Sequence record: PX994957.1
DNA from: a phage
Strand: one strand, 5' to 3'
DNA length: 64,000 bases
The position numbers and the translations under genes were made by a program. The notes under the pieces were generated by a model that was not told where the DNA came from, ran no database searches, and saw nothing but the letters and a program-made list of their open reading frames with translations. Shown in pieces: positions 45,342-55,031 of this stretch. Every line of letters starts with the position of its first letter. Position 1 is the stretch's first letter.

Positions 45342-45422
45342 AACTTTGTGAAAATTATTTTAGGGAATGATAAGAAGTGAACGATAGCTTAGAATGGTAA
45401 TATACAGAATGTGAGAAAGAAA

Positions 45423-45435
45423 GGCCCAGAGGGCC
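45423..45435 (-). terminator. hairpin terminator after nrdH
   Basis: GGCCC aga GGGCC followed on minus strand by UUUCUUUCUC. Confidence 0.5.
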
Positions 45436-45439
45436 CGTC

Positions 45440-45763
45440 TTAGTCTTCTATGATATCTCTATCATATCCAAGTGAAATGAGAGTTTCTTTGAAGTGTTTA
45501 ATGTTCTTTTGTCTAGAATCATTAATGAAAATGACTGGATAACGAATGTTAAGAGATGTGAATCCGGCGCGTTTGGCAAGAGATACAATCAGTGGACGAT
45601 CATACTCAATCTTACCATTATTTGTAAGAACTTTATAGAAAGTAAAAGGAGCACTGAGCTCCTTTAGAAGTTTTGTAACTGATTGACATCCAGGACAACG
45701 ACCTACTTCATCTGGAATTCCATAGACTTCAATCTTATTCTTTAAGTTCGAGTTTTGTTCCAC
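45440..45763 (-). CDS. nrdH: NrdH-like glutaredoxin
   Basis: CPGC redox motif after a KIEVYG beta-strand; no in-frame ATG, probable GTG start at 45763 behind SD AAGGAA; start uncertain. Confidence 0.6.
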   Translation of the reverse strand: MEQNSNLKNKIEVYGIPDEVGRCPGCQSVTKLLKELSAPFTFYKVLTNNGKIEYDRPLIVSLAKRAGFTSLNIRYPVIFINDSRQKNIKHFKETLISLGYDRDIIED

Positions 45764-46046
45764 GAGAAATAATTCCTTGGTAAGCCCAATAAGGAGGATT
45801 AACAGAATCCTCACCAGAGTTTTCTTCAGGAAAATAAACCTGGATAACGAAGCCGGATTCATCAAAGGTGAAATAAGTAGTAGGCAGTTCACCTAACAAA
45901 TCGGCACGAGCGTTGATTTCTTCGAGGTCTTGTTCACGTCCAGCCCAGAAGCTTGGGTTCAGACTACATTCATAGAAATAATAGTCATTACCGAACATAT
46001 CAAAACCATTCCAACTCTCTACTACATACCGCTCAAAACTAATCAT
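45735..46046 (-). CDS. hypothetical protein (55.x-type)
   Basis: 103 aa; ATG 46046 with SD AAGGCTTAATT. Confidence 0.5.
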   Translation of the reverse strand: MISFERYVVESWNGFDMFGNDYYFYECSLNPSFWAGREQDLEEINARADLLGELPTTYFTFDESGFVIQVYFPEENSGEDSVNPPYWAYQGIISRGTKLELKE

Positions 46047-46048
46047 AA

Positions 46049-46264
46049 TTAAGCCTTTTTATCAAGAACAGCATTCAGCTTGTTAGTAATTTTATCCAGA
46101 CGCTCATTGAACTCACTAGAAGATAAGCCTTTTTCTGGAGAAATTAAGCTAATCACGAAAAATACAACAATAAAAGGAATAAGGAAAATAGCTCCAACTG
46201 CCATAAACAGAAAGAATGTTACAGTTGTAAGAAAATCAGCTAAACCTTTACGAAATTTATACAT
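46049..46264 (-). CDS. small membrane protein
   Basis: 71 aa; hydrophobic stretch TVTFFLFMAVGAIFLIPFIVVFFVISLI. Confidence 0.5.
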   Translation of the reverse strand: MYKFRKGLADFLTTVTFFLFMAVGAIFLIPFIVVFFVISLISPEKGLSSSEFNERLDKITNKLNAVLDKKA

Positions 46265-46379
46265 ATTTTATCCTTAATTAATTAACCAAGCATTGATAAG
46301 CACTAAACTATATTGGGAATAAAATTCTGGACCAAAATGAAAAATCATATCATTTATAGTATCCATAATGTAATTCAAT

Positions 46380-46850
46380 TTAATCATGTTTCCACACCCC
46401 ATCGGTATTTGACCAAAGTCGCTGATTATCTGATCCTCGCCACAGCTTTTTGGTCGGAAGATTTTTCTCATACTTCCCATCAATAATAACATCAACATAT
46501 TTAAGCATTTCTAGTTGTTTAATATCTTCAAACTTATATCCTGTCCACAACCAAATGCTTTTACTGGGATAAAGATTTTTTACTGTTTGAACAATGCAAT
46601 GAATCACGTCTCTGTTATCAGGATAAAGAGGGTCTCCTCCAGTTATAGTTAATCCTTCTATATAATCATTATTCAAACATTCAATTAATTGTTCCAGTGT
46701 TTCACCAGTGAATGGAACGCCATTTCTAGCATTCCATGTTGATTTATTATAACACCCTTCGCATTTATGCAAACAACCTGTAACGAAAAGAACGACCCTG
46801 CAACCAGGGCCATTAACAAAATCGCAAGGATAAAATCTATCATAATTCAT
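46380..46850 (-). CDS. nrdG: NrdG anaerobic ribonucleotide reductase activase (radical SAM)
   Basis: 156 aa, equal to T4 NrdG; Cys cluster CLHKCEGC; ATG overlaps nrdD stop. Confidence 0.88.
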   Translation of the reverse strand: MNYDRFYPCDFVNGPGCRVVLFVTGCLHKCEGCYNKSTWNARNGVPFTGETLEQLIECLNNDYIEGLTITGGDPLYPDNRDVIHCIVQTVKNLYPSKSIWLWTGYKFEDIKQLEMLKYVDVIIDGKYEKNLPTKKLWRGSDNQRLWSNTDGVWKHD

Positions 46851-48664
46851 TGGTGTTTAACCCTATGCATGATTTCTTTATTTTTACCGAGATTAAATCC
46901 GCGTTCGTTCGGATTTCCCAAATAACCACATGTTCTTCTTATGGTATTCATCTTTTTAGGATCAGTTTCTCCACAAATAGAACAAACAAATCCGTTTTCA
47001 GTAGGAGTCATTTCATGGGTACTTCCACACGTAAAACATTTATCTACCGGCATATTAACACCAAAATAATCTAAATGTTGTGCGGCATAATCCCATACAG
47101 CCTCAAGACCTTTTAAGTTATTTTTCATATCAGGAAGTTCAACATAAGAAATGTGACCACCTGTCGCAATGAAATGATATGGCGCTTCACGAGAAATCTT
47201 TTCAAACGGAGTAACATTTTCTTCTACTGAAACGTGGAAACTGTTAGTGTACCAGCCTTTATCAGTAACATCCTTTACACTTCCATATTTTTCTGTATCA
47301 AGTTTACAGAAGCGATAGCAAAGGTTTTCAGCAGGAGTAGAATACAAACTAAAAGCAAACCCAGTTCTTTCAGTCCACTGTTTAAGATGAGCATTCATTT
47401 TAGTTAAAATTTCTTGTCCAATATCACGACCGATAAGAATATTCAATTCGTGAATACCAATGTATCCTAAAGACACTGAACTTCTACCGTTTTTAAATAA
47501 CTCAATTATATCGTCATCGGGTTTAAGACGAACCCCGAATGCACCTTCTTGGTAAAGAATAGGAGCAACAGTAGCTTTAATTCCTTTTAAGGAACTAATT
47601 CTACACATCAAAGCTTCAAAACATAAATCCATTCGTTCATTGAACAATTCGATAAATTTCTGTTCATTGAACTGTGTTCCAATATAAGAATCTAACGCGA
47701 TGCGAGGAAGATTCAGTGTTACAACACCAAGATTATTACGTCCATCAAGAATTTCATTACCAGTCGAATCTTTCCATACGCTCAAGAAACTACGGCAACC
47801 CATTGGAGAAACAGGAACAGATGAACCAGTGATAGCTTTATTGTTCTTAGCTGAAATAATATCAGGATACATCCTTTTGCTTGCACACTCTAAAGCAAGC
47901 TGCTTAATATCATAGTTCGGATCATCTTTATAAAGATTAACACCTTCTTCAACGAACATAACAAGCTTAGGGAAAATAGGAGTTATCCCATCACGACCAA
48001 GACCTTTAATACGATTTTTCAGAATTGCTTTCTGAATCATTCGTTCAGTCCAGTCAGTTCCCGTACCAAATGTAATTGTTACAAAAGGTGTTTGTCCGTT
48101 TGAACTAAAGAGAGTATTTACTTCATATTCATAAGCTTGGAATGCATCGTATACGTCTTTTTCTGTTTTAGATTGGGCATAATTTAACGCATCAGCGATT
48201 TGCCATTTTTCTGCATCCTCAATATGTTTTGCATAGGTGCGTTTAACATAAGGAGAAAGTACTTTATCTACATTAGCAAAAGTCGTTCCGCCGTATTGAT
48301 GGGAAGCAACCTGTGCAGTAATTTGTGCCATAATTGCAGTAGCAACACCGATTGATTTAGGAGTTTCAATCTGTGCATTACCAAGCTTAAATCCGTTCTC
48401 AAGCATTCCTTTTAAATCTACTAAACAACAATTAGTAAATGGAAGAGCAGGGGAATAATCAATATCATGGAAATGGATAATTCCGCTTTCATGCGCTTTC
48501 ATAATAAAAGACGGGACCATATTTTTGGCAATGTGTTTAGACACAATACCAGCCATAAGGTCCCGTTGAGTTGGAAAAACACGAGAATCTTTATTAGCAT
48601 TCTCGTTTAAAAGGTCTTTATTAGTTTTATGAATCAATCCTTCAATTTCTTTTTCAATTGTCAT
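46847..48664 (-). CDS. nrdD: NrdD anaerobic ribonucleotide reductase, uninterrupted
   Basis: 605 aa single ORF; C-terminal zinc site CFTCGS...CSICG and glycyl-radical region RTCGYLG. Confidence 0.92.
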   Translation of the reverse strand: MTIEKEIEGLIHKTNKDLLNENANKDSRVFPTQRDLMAGIVSKHIAKNMVPSFIMKAHESGIIHFHDIDYSPALPFTNCCLVDLKGMLENGFKLGNAQIETPKSIGVATAIMAQITAQVASHQYGGTTFANVDKVLSPYVKRTYAKHIEDAEKWQIADALNYAQSKTEKDVYDAFQAYEYEVNTLFSSNGQTPFVTITFGTGTDWTERMIQKAILKNRIKGLGRDGITPIFPKLVMFVEEGVNLYKDDPNYDIKQLALECASKRMYPDIISAKNNKAITGSSVPVSPMGCRSFLSVWKDSTGNEILDGRNNLGVVTLNLPRIALDSYIGTQFNEQKFIELFNERMDLCFEALMCRISSLKGIKATVAPILYQEGAFGVRLKPDDDIIELFKNGRSSVSLGYIGIHELNILIGRDIGQEILTKMNAHLKQWTERTGFAFSLYSTPAENLCYRFCKLDTEKYGSVKDVTDKGWYTNSFHVSVEENVTPFEKISREAPYHFIATGGHISYVELPDMKNNLKGLEAVWDYAAQHLDYFGVNMPVDKCFTCGSTHEMTPTENGFVCSICGETDPKKMNTIRRTCGYLGNPNERGFNLGKNKEIMHRVKHQ

Positions 48665-49134
48665 TTTAAACTCTTTCTAAGCTGCTTCTTAAATGAAGCT
48701 ATTAATTGTGTTTTAGTGTCAGATTCATTATATTCAAATCCTCTTTGAAGCATCTCAGCCATCATTTCCTCTTTTCCTAAACGAGAAAATTCCTTTGATT
48801 TATCTCCAACAAAGTTAGGGTGAATATTATTTTGGGTGTAATCGGATTTTAAATAAGTAAGTAAATTTTCTAACCATTCAAGATAATCAACACCTTGCCC
48901 CTTTAAGCCAGAACGATTAAATTTATGCTTCATTTGACCTTCTGCGGCATTGCAGAGATTACAAAGCAATCCACGTACCTTTCCTGCTTTTGGCCCATTT
49001 AATTCATGGTCATGATCAAGATGATTAGCTTGAACATCAGGATTTAGTTCTCGTTGGCAAATTAAGCATTTACCGTTTTGTGCATCATAAAATTTCTGTT
49101 TTTCTTCTTTATATAATTTGCCAGTCAATAACAT
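48661..49134 (-). CDS. 49: gp49 endonuclease VII (Holliday junction resolvase)
   Basis: 157 aa, equal to T4 endo VII; zinc-binding CLIC...CNLCN. Confidence 0.9.
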   Translation of the reverse strand: MLLTGKLYKEEKQKFYDAQNGKCLICQRELNPDVQANHLDHDHELNGPKAGKVRGLLCNLCNAAEGQMKHKFNRSGLKGQGVDYLEWLENLLTYLKSDYTQNNIHPNFVGDKSKEFSRLGKEEMMAEMLQRGFEYNESDTKTQLIASFKKQLRKSLK

Positions 49135-49140
49135 AATAAA

Positions 49141-49163
49141 CCCTTACCTTAAATAGATAAGGG
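49141..49163 (-). promoter_or_regulatory. stem-loop sequestering the gene 49 SD
   Basis: CCCTTA / TAAGGG arms with the SD AAGGTAAGG in the loop and 3' arm; T4 gene 49 is recalled to be regulated by such a hairpin. Confidence 0.45.
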
Positions 49164-49175
49164 TATTTATTATTT

Positions 49176-49661
49176 TCAAGTATTGTAAAACATTTGATTC
49201 AATCGCTTATATTGCCGAATCTTTTGGTCAGAAAAAGAAATTTGGGTTTCAAGCCATTCAATATATTCTGCCGCAGCTTGCATCAAATTTCCTTCATAGC
49301 CATCGTTATTTTCTTGTGCAGCTAATTTAGCTAATGCGTATGAAATACGTTCACCTTGAAAATCAGCTTTAGGCTTCTGAACAACTTGATTAGTTCTCTC
49401 TACAACTTCTTCAATTTCGCCATTTTCTACTGATTCAGTATTCCACAAGCACCAATACGTAATTGGCTTATCGTAGATGTTAATAATCTTTCCATCAGAA
49501 AGTTCAATTTCAATAATTCCAGTATCAGGTTCTATATCATCTTCACATTCTTTTGCAAGTTCACGAACTTTAAAGACAGTACCTGCACTAAGTTCCGGCC
49601 AGTAATTACACAGCCCTGTATCAGCACGATTAATTCTAAACCACTTATCTACTGTAATCAT
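49176..49661 (-). CDS. pin: Pin (inhibitor of host Lon protease)
   Basis: 161 aa from ATG 49661 (SD GGAGATGGGAC), equal to T4 Pin; track start is TTG. Confidence 0.7.
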   Translation of the reverse strand: MITVDKWFRINRADTGLCNYWPELSAGTVFKVRELAKECEDDIEPDTGIIEIELSDGKIINIYDKPITYWCLWNTESVENGEIEEVVERTNQVVQKPKADFQGERISYALAKLAAQENNDGYEGNLMQAAAEYIEWLETQISFSDQKIRQYKRLNQMFYNT

Positions 49662-49701
49662 GTCCCATCTCCATATCAATTAAGTCATTTATCGTTGGTT
49701 C

Positions 49702-49731
49702 ATTATATACTGTTTCTTCATCAGTGTAAAC
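49702..49731 (-). promoter_or_regulatory. T-even early promoter upstream of pin
   Basis: GTTTAC (49726-49731), 18-nt spacer, TATAAT (49702-49707). Confidence 0.55.
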
Positions 49732-49783
49732 CGGTTCTTCCGGCTCTGGCTCTACAGTTTCCCATCTAGCCGCCCACCAAGGT

Positions 49784-49993
49784 TTAACCCCGAAGCTTAT
49801 TAAGTTCTTCATCATCAATCCAGGATTCTAGTCCTGATGGCAGGTCACATTCAATTTCCCAAAGAAGTTCTTCAATTTTCTGAAGACGATCTAGTTCTTC
49901 AGCAGGAATAGTAACCATTGACGGAGCTCTTGCTACATTAATATCGTAAATCATATTTACCCCAGTTTGACCATACAATCGCCGTATTTCCAC
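49784..49993 (-). CDS. hypothetical protein (49.x-type)
   Basis: 69 aa ORF from track. Confidence 0.5.
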   Translation of the reverse strand: MEIRRLYGQTGVNMIYDINVARAPSMVTIPAEELDRLQKIEELLWEIECDLPSGLESWIDDEELNKLRG

Positions 49994-50172
49994 TTAGAAA
50001 TAGACTTTTCACCATTAGAATAATAAACTTCAAGTTTAGCACGATTATTTTTAATTTGAATAACCTTTGCTGTCATCAAAGTTCCATACCCATAATAAAC
50101 TGCAACTTCATCACCTACATATACCGCGCTTCCGCGGTAATCGTGAATATAGTCAGTTCCTTCGAGCATCAT
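49957..50172 (-). CDS. hypothetical protein (49.x-type)
   Basis: 71 aa ORF from track. Confidence 0.5.
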   Translation of the reverse strand: MMLEGTDYIHDYRGSAVYVGDEVAVYYGYGTLMTAKVIQIKNNRAKLEVYYSNGEKSISKWKYGDCMVKLG

Positions 50173-50432
50173 TTAAAATATTCTCGCAGTTGGTCAAATC
50201 CACCAATATGACTTCCATCAGGAGCAAATACTTGTGGCATTGTCAAACCAATTTGAGTATCACGGCCTAGTTTAGTCAGAAGCTCAGCGATTTTTTCATC
50301 ATCAAAAACACCTTTTTCCGGCATAATGTTGATAAATTCAAACGGCTGTTTCTTCACGGTCAAAAGACGTTTTGCATTATCGCAATACACACATTTATGG
50401 ATGTTGCTATCATAACCATATACTTTAAACAT
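50169..50432 (-). CDS. nrdC: NrdC thioredoxin/glutaredoxin
   Basis: 87 aa, equal to T4 NrdC; active site CVYC; SD AAGGAATAAT. Confidence 0.88.
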   Translation of the reverse strand: MFKVYGYDSNIHKCVYCDNAKRLLTVKKQPFEFINIMPEKGVFDDEKIAELLTKLGRDTQIGLTMPQVFAPDGSHIGGFDQLREYFK

Positions 50433-50433
50433 A

Positions 50434-50676
50434 TTATTCCTTAATTCCTAGTACTTGTTTAAAAGTCTCGTCGTAATCAAGACTTTGGCCCGTTTGTTCT
50501 TTATGTTTGTATATAATATCACTTACTTCTGATAGCATATTTTTGTATGAACGAGTTACAGCAGATTTAAGCACGCTGTATCTATCAGGAAATTTACCAT
50601 GTTCATTATAATAAGCTATTGCTAATTCACGGACTGCCTTTTCAGCAGTCTCCATATATTCTTTACGCTTGGTCAT
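50434..50676 (-). CDS. hypothetical protein (nrdC.1-type)
   Basis: 80 aa; ATG 50676. Confidence 0.5.
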   Translation of the reverse strand: MTKRKEYMETAEKAVRELAIAYYNEHGKFPDRYSVLKSAVTRSYKNMLSEVSDIIYKHKEQTGQSLDYDETFKQVLGIKE

Positions 50677-50678
50677 TT

Positions 50679-51068
50679 TTAATCCAAAATATTATTAGGC
50701 ATTGGTTGAACACTCACAAGTTCTTTAAAGAACTCAGTAGAGTCAGGCAATTTAACCATTTCCGGAGCATGCTTATTAAATTTATGTTTACAATGACGGC
50801 ATTTATATTCAAGCTCTGGTTTACGCCAGTTAATCAATTGAACTTGTTCAGTACCGCATTCAGGGCAATTAGGAACGTTTTTAGAAGCTCTTTCACGTCG
50901 TTCAACCATAGCCATAATAGCATCCCATGCTGGAGGTTTAAAATCTAAATCGTCGCAGCCGTGAATCTTTCCACGCATTTCCAGATCGTCTTCTTCACCA
51001 GCCATAATAATTTTAATTAGACTAGAATTACTTGAAGCTGCAATGTCTTCTAATAGACGCTTTTTCAT
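50679..51068 (-). CDS. zinc-finger protein
   Basis: 129 aa; CPECG...CRHCKH. Confidence 0.5.
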   Translation of the reverse strand: MKKRLLEDIAASSNSSLIKIIMAGEEDDLEMRGKIHGCDDLDFKPPAWDAIMAMVERRERASKNVPNCPECGTEQVQLINWRKPELEYKCRHCKHKFNKHAPEMVKLPDSTEFFKELVSVQPMPNNILD

Positions 51069-51991
51069 TTCAATACCTCAATAGCATTACGTAAACCATT
51101 TGCTTTGGCGGTTAAAGCCTTAAGAACTTTAGTATGCTCTTCAATTTGTTTTTCAACTTCAGTCAAACGGACATTGAGATATTCACGTTCTTCTTTCATA
51201 GTATCATTTCCATGATTGGGTTTTGGTATAGGTTTAAATTCACTAGGGTCCTTTAATTTAATAACAAATTTAGTTTCAAACAGTGAAAGACCATAATTCG
51301 TATTATCATCAAAGGATTTGACTACATCCATATCAGATAATAACACGCGCAAATTATAAGCCAAAGAACTAATAGTTTCATTGTGTTTATTAGCTTCGCG
51401 TGGTTTCATATACGGAAGATTTTTATATATCTCATGCGGAGCGCAAACGATAATTGACAATTCAAATTGTCCATTCTGGGACGATGGAATGAATTTAGCC
51501 GTAACCCAGTCTTTTACATTCACATTAATAGTACGGTTATCACCATGACAAAACAGTCTACGAGAATGCTTAAAAAGCATATTCACGTTATTATTGAATT
51601 CGTGTGAAAATTCACTAGCAAATTTTTCTTTACTATCTTTAGAAAACCATTCTTCTAAATAAGTTCTTTTCACGTCGTTAATAATATTAAATGTAACAAC
51701 ACTAGCATTTGATACATTAGTCTTAATGTAGCTTGGATACATAAATTTTTTAACATTATTAACAGCTATCACAGAAGATAGTAATCGGGAACGTTTGAAC
51801 CACTCGAGCAAAGAACCAAGAGAATGTGAATACGCATTTTGTGTATCTTTACAAATATGGTTTTCCCATCCAATATAGTCTAAAAAATCACGAAGAATAT
51901 TATTGATTACTGCTCTGTGTCCGATTTGATAATTACGGTGTTTAGTAATAAGACTGTCAAAATAATCAATATAATGTTTACGAGTTTTCAT
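51065..51991 (-). CDS. hypothetical protein with C-terminal coiled coil (array member 1)
   Basis: 308 aa; MKTRKHYIDYF start; tail [42 protein letters not shown]. Confidence 0.6.
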   Translation of the reverse strand: MKTRKHYIDYFDSLITKHRNYQIGHRAVINNILRDFLDYIGWENHICKDTQNAYSHSLGSLLEWFKRSRLLSSVIAVNNVKKFMYPSYIKTNVSNASVVTFNIINDVKRTYLEEWFSKDSKEKFASEFSHEFNNNVNMLFKHSRRLFCHGDNRTINVNVKDWVTAKFIPSSQNGQFELSIIVCAPHEIYKNLPYMKPREANKHNETISSLAYNLRVLLSDMDVVKSFDDNTNYGLSLFETKFVIKLKDPSEFKPIPKPNHGNDTMKEEREYLNVRLTEVEKQIEEHTKVLKALTAKANGLRNAIEVLK

Positions 51992-52013
51992 GTTCTTCTC
52001 ACTTGGTTAATGA

Positions 52014-52043
52014 TTTATACTCCGAGCCATCCTTGGCTTTAAA
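52014..52043 (-). promoter_or_regulatory. early promoter variant
   Basis: TTTAAA -35 (52038-52043), 18-nt spacer with AGCCATCCTTGGCT dyad, TATAAA -10 (52014-52019). Confidence 0.4.
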
Positions 52044-53045
52044 TTACTTAATTAACTGTAAAGCTTGTTCAAGACGATCAAGACGATTAACAGATTCTTC
52101 CCAAATCCTTTTAGCCTGCTCATATTCTTTCTGCGCTTTATTAGAAATTTCTAGAACTTCTTTATAAGCTTTTTCTAGTGCAATAACTTCTGGACGAATT
52201 TCTACCGGTTCAGGTGAATCATCAAGATTATCCATTAGTTCCTCAAGGGTAGTTTCTTCTTTAGGAGTATTCACAATTTCATCACATTTTTGTTGATAAA
52301 TTTCTTTATCAGTAGGTGAGTACGCGCACTTTACTTCACGAAGACTAATTACAATTTTATATCCTTCCCAACCGCATATATTCTTAAAAGGATAAGTATG
52401 AATATTTTCTACTGTTTCCATACAATCCAAAGCCGTCTCTAATTGATGAGTTATAGTGCTAGCAATTGAGAAAAATTTATTAATATTCTTTTGGTTAGCT
52501 TCTGGTGTAAAAAATTCGTAATTCACAAAAATAGCTACTTTGTTTTTATCAAGCTCATATTCTTTTACGATAATCATATCAGAAGCCAAAGGATGAATTT
52601 GACGATAATCGCCATAACATAATTTAGAAGCTGATTTTAGAATTTGTCCTTTAAAAAGTCTGAAATTACTAATCCAACGACGAGTAAAAATATTCTTAGG
52701 GTCTTCTTTGATATTAAGATGATAAGAATTAACATCACCGAACCAATTGTATCCTATTACACCTTTAGTTTGTTTAATTTCTTTCCCAAATTTACTAAGA
52801 ATATCTCTGTTGACTAAGTATGAAAGAAGACGAGACCCTTTAAAGATTATCTTAATATCATCTTTATCTACACGGCTAGAAATTTCACGAACTTCATGAA
52901 TAAATTTACTGGAAGAAACAATACTTGCATCAATACTGCTGAGCCATTGATTGATAATAGAAAGAACAACGTTCTGACTAGACATGGGTTTAACTTTATC
53001 ATCAATAACACTATTGAATGATTTGATATATTCGTTACGAGTCAT
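52044..53045 (-). CDS. hypothetical protein with C-terminal coiled coil (array member 2)
   Basis: 333 aa from ATG 53045 with SD GAGGAGATTATT (track start lies inside the promoter -10); tail KEYEQAKRIWEESVNRLDRLEQALQLIK. Confidence 0.6.
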   Translation of the reverse strand: MTRNEYIKSFNSVIDDKVKPMSSQNVVLSIINQWLSSIDASIVSSSKFIHEVREISSRVDKDDIKIIFKGSRLLSYLVNRDILSKFGKEIKQTKGVIGYNWFGDVNSYHLNIKEDPKNIFTRRWISNFRLFKGQILKSASKLCYGDYRQIHPLASDMIIVKEYELDKNKVAIFVNYEFFTPEANQKNINKFFSIASTITHQLETALDCMETVENIHTYPFKNICGWEGYKIVISLREVKCAYSPTDKEIYQQKCDEIVNTPKEETTLEELMDNLDDSPEPVEIRPEVIALEKAYKEVLEISNKAQKEYEQAKRIWEESVNRLDRLEQALQLIK

Positions 53046-53073
53046 AATAATCTCCTCAGTAGAAAGTAAGAAC

Positions 53074-53103
53074 ATTATACCACATCCTTGTGGTAAAGTA
53101 AAC
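53074..53103 (-). promoter_or_regulatory. T-even early promoter
   Basis: GTTTAC (53098-53103), 18-nt spacer, TATAAT (53074-53079); same spacer dyad as the rIIA.1 promoter. Confidence 0.55.
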
Positions 53104-54128
53104 TAGTTCAGTGCATTTAATGCATTGTTCAGTTTAGAACGTTGCTTCGTGAGATTTTTGACTTTTTCTTGTGCTTTTTCTAGCATCTTTTCAGCTTCTA
53201 ACACTTCATTGGTCGCTTTAACGAGTTCATCATCTACTGCCTTGATAGACTTCTCAATCGCATCCGCGTGCCATTTTTCAACAGGTTTAAGACTCGGATT
53301 TTCAATAGGAAGAAAATTCACTTTATTGAATTTCCATGCATCTTTATTACCTGAACTATACATCCAAAATTTAGGATCGTTTGATGAGTAATTGGATAAA
53401 TTTAAATTTAAGTTATCTTGCACTTCCTGCTTCTTCTCTTGCGTGACTTCGTCCTTTCTCAAAAAATCATATTTAAATGAAACAATCATATCAAGTTCAT
53501 ATGTTGTTGTGTCTAATTTAAATCGTTCGAAATGCTGTGAAATCTTAGATTGAACAGCAGCAACAACATCCATATACTTAAATGCTTCTGTCAGCTGTGA
53601 TTTAAGGCATTCACAAATTGAAAGAGAATTTTTTGTATTAGGTTTAAAGCTAATTCGTGCAGTTCTATTATTTTCTTTTAACGGTCTTACTTCCATCTGA
53701 AGAGTATAACCATCAAATTTCAGGTTCTTTAAGTTAATGTCAGAACCTTTTAATCGACTAGCCGTCGACAAAATTTGCTTTAATTGTTTACGGAATAGAG
53801 CAATAAATCTCCATTCAAGACGGTAATGATTTGGATTAAAAAATCCTGTTGATAAATCAACCTTACTCTGACCAACGCCTTGAACAAATAGAGGATTTTT
53901 ATAATCAATAGTTTTACAGAAATCGGTGAGCTGTTCGCGAGCAGTCATTTGCGTAATATATCCAGCTTTATCAAAATGTCGCAGCCATTCACTGCTATTC
54001 ATATACTTAAAGTGAATGGAACTATTAACTCTATCAGGGTCTAAATTATTTTGGCACAAAAATGTCATAACATCACGAGTATAGCTGGCATTACGAACCA
54101 TATCTTCAATTTGAGAACGAGTTTTCAT
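53103..54128 (-). CDS. hypothetical protein with C-terminal coiled coil (array member 3)
   Basis: 341 aa; MKTRSQIEDMV start; tail LEAEKMLEKAQEKVKNLTKQRSKLNNALNALN. Confidence 0.6.
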   Translation of the reverse strand: MKTRSQIEDMVRNASYTRDVMTFLCQNNLDPDRVNSSIHFKYMNSSEWLRHFDKAGYITQMTAREQLTDFCKTIDYKNPLFVQGVGQSKVDLSTGFFNPNHYRLEWRFIALFRKQLKQILSTASRLKGSDINLKNLKFDGYTLQMEVRPLKENNRTARISFKPNTKNSLSICECLKSQLTEAFKYMDVVAAVQSKISQHFERFKLDTTTYELDMIVSFKYDFLRKDEVTQEKKQEVQDNLNLNLSNYSSNDPKFWMYSSGNKDAWKFNKVNFLPIENPSLKPVEKWHADAIEKSIKAVDDELVKATNEVLEAEKMLEKAQEKVKNLTKQRSKLNNALNALN

Positions 54129-54136
54129 GGTGTTCC

Positions 54137-55024
54137 TTAAGATTTAAGTAAATCAACAATTTTAATTAATTTTTCACGTTCAGATTTAGCTTTACTACTC
54201 AATCCAGATAGTCTGAATATTTCATCATCATATTGTTGAATAGAAATATTTAGCTCTTCAATTTGCTTATTAAAATAATCAATTTGTTCAGAATGTTTTT
54301 CGTTACTACGAACTGGTACAGGTTTTGTAGGTAATTTAGATGAACTGGATTCATCCGGGCGATAAATTAAAATACAACTTGAACCAATTGGACATTTTGC
54401 ACCAGACACATATTCTAATGTTCCGGCTTCTTTTAAAACTTCAAAAGCTAAACAGAGATGATGCCCCATATTAACATAATCTGTAGAGCGAGCTCTGACG
54501 TAATAATCATCTCCACGAGTGCTAAATTTAAAGCATTTAAGGTCTTCTGTATTATTTGTCTTAAAAATCATTTGTTTATCTAGACCTTTAGCTAATCGAG
54601 CGCCTAATGCTAATAATCGTCGTTGATTTTCCCACAAATCCTCAATCATTTGATCGAATGATAATTTTGGCATTAGTCGACCATAAAGGTCATATCCTTT
54701 ATTATAATTGCGAAGAATTTCACTTGCATTAATACGAGACAATGCTCCAATTTTATTAAGGGCTTTCATAATGCGATTAGATAAATCCATTCCAGACTCG
54801 TGTGTTCGCTGCAAATGTTTTTCTAATCCAAATCCAATATCAACTTTAAATTTATCTAAAATTTCAGCATGAACATCTTTGTCAATAACATTCAAATTCA
54901 GAGTTAGATTAAATCTATGAAAAAATTTATCTGGCTCTCCACGACGAAGTACAGTCCATTCATTCATTTTTTTATTAACTAAAGATTTAATTACTGCATT
55001 GACATTATTAATTACTACTGACAT
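54137..55024 (-). CDS. hypothetical protein with C-terminal coiled coil (array member 4)
   Basis: 295 aa from ATG 55024 with SD GTGAGGAAAATATG; tail QIEELNISIQQYDDEIFRLSGLSSKAKSEREKLIKIVDLLKS. Confidence 0.55.
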   Translation of the reverse strand: MSVVINNVNAVIKSLVNKKMNEWTVLRRGEPDKFFHRFNLTLNLNVIDKDVHAEILDKFKVDIGFGLEKHLQRTHESGMDLSNRIMKALNKIGALSRINASEILRNYNKGYDLYGRLMPKLSFDQMIEDLWENQRRLLALGARLAKGLDKQMIFKTNNTEDLKCFKFSTRGDDYYVRARSTDYVNMGHHLCLAFEVLKEAGTLEYVSGAKCPIGSSCILIYRPDESSSSKLPTKPVPVRSNEKHSEQIDYFNKQIEELNISIQQYDDEIFRLSGLSSKAKSEREKLIKIVDLLKS

Positions 55025-55031
55025 ATTTTCC

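Noticed and set aside
46274-46498. 74-aa ORF overlapping the 3' end of nrdG
   Set aside because: Mostly inside nrdG in another frame; the 30-codon remainder after the nrdG stop has no SD
46847-48664. Group I intron in nrdD
   Set aside because: The ORF is continuous over 605 codons with no in-frame stops or insertion
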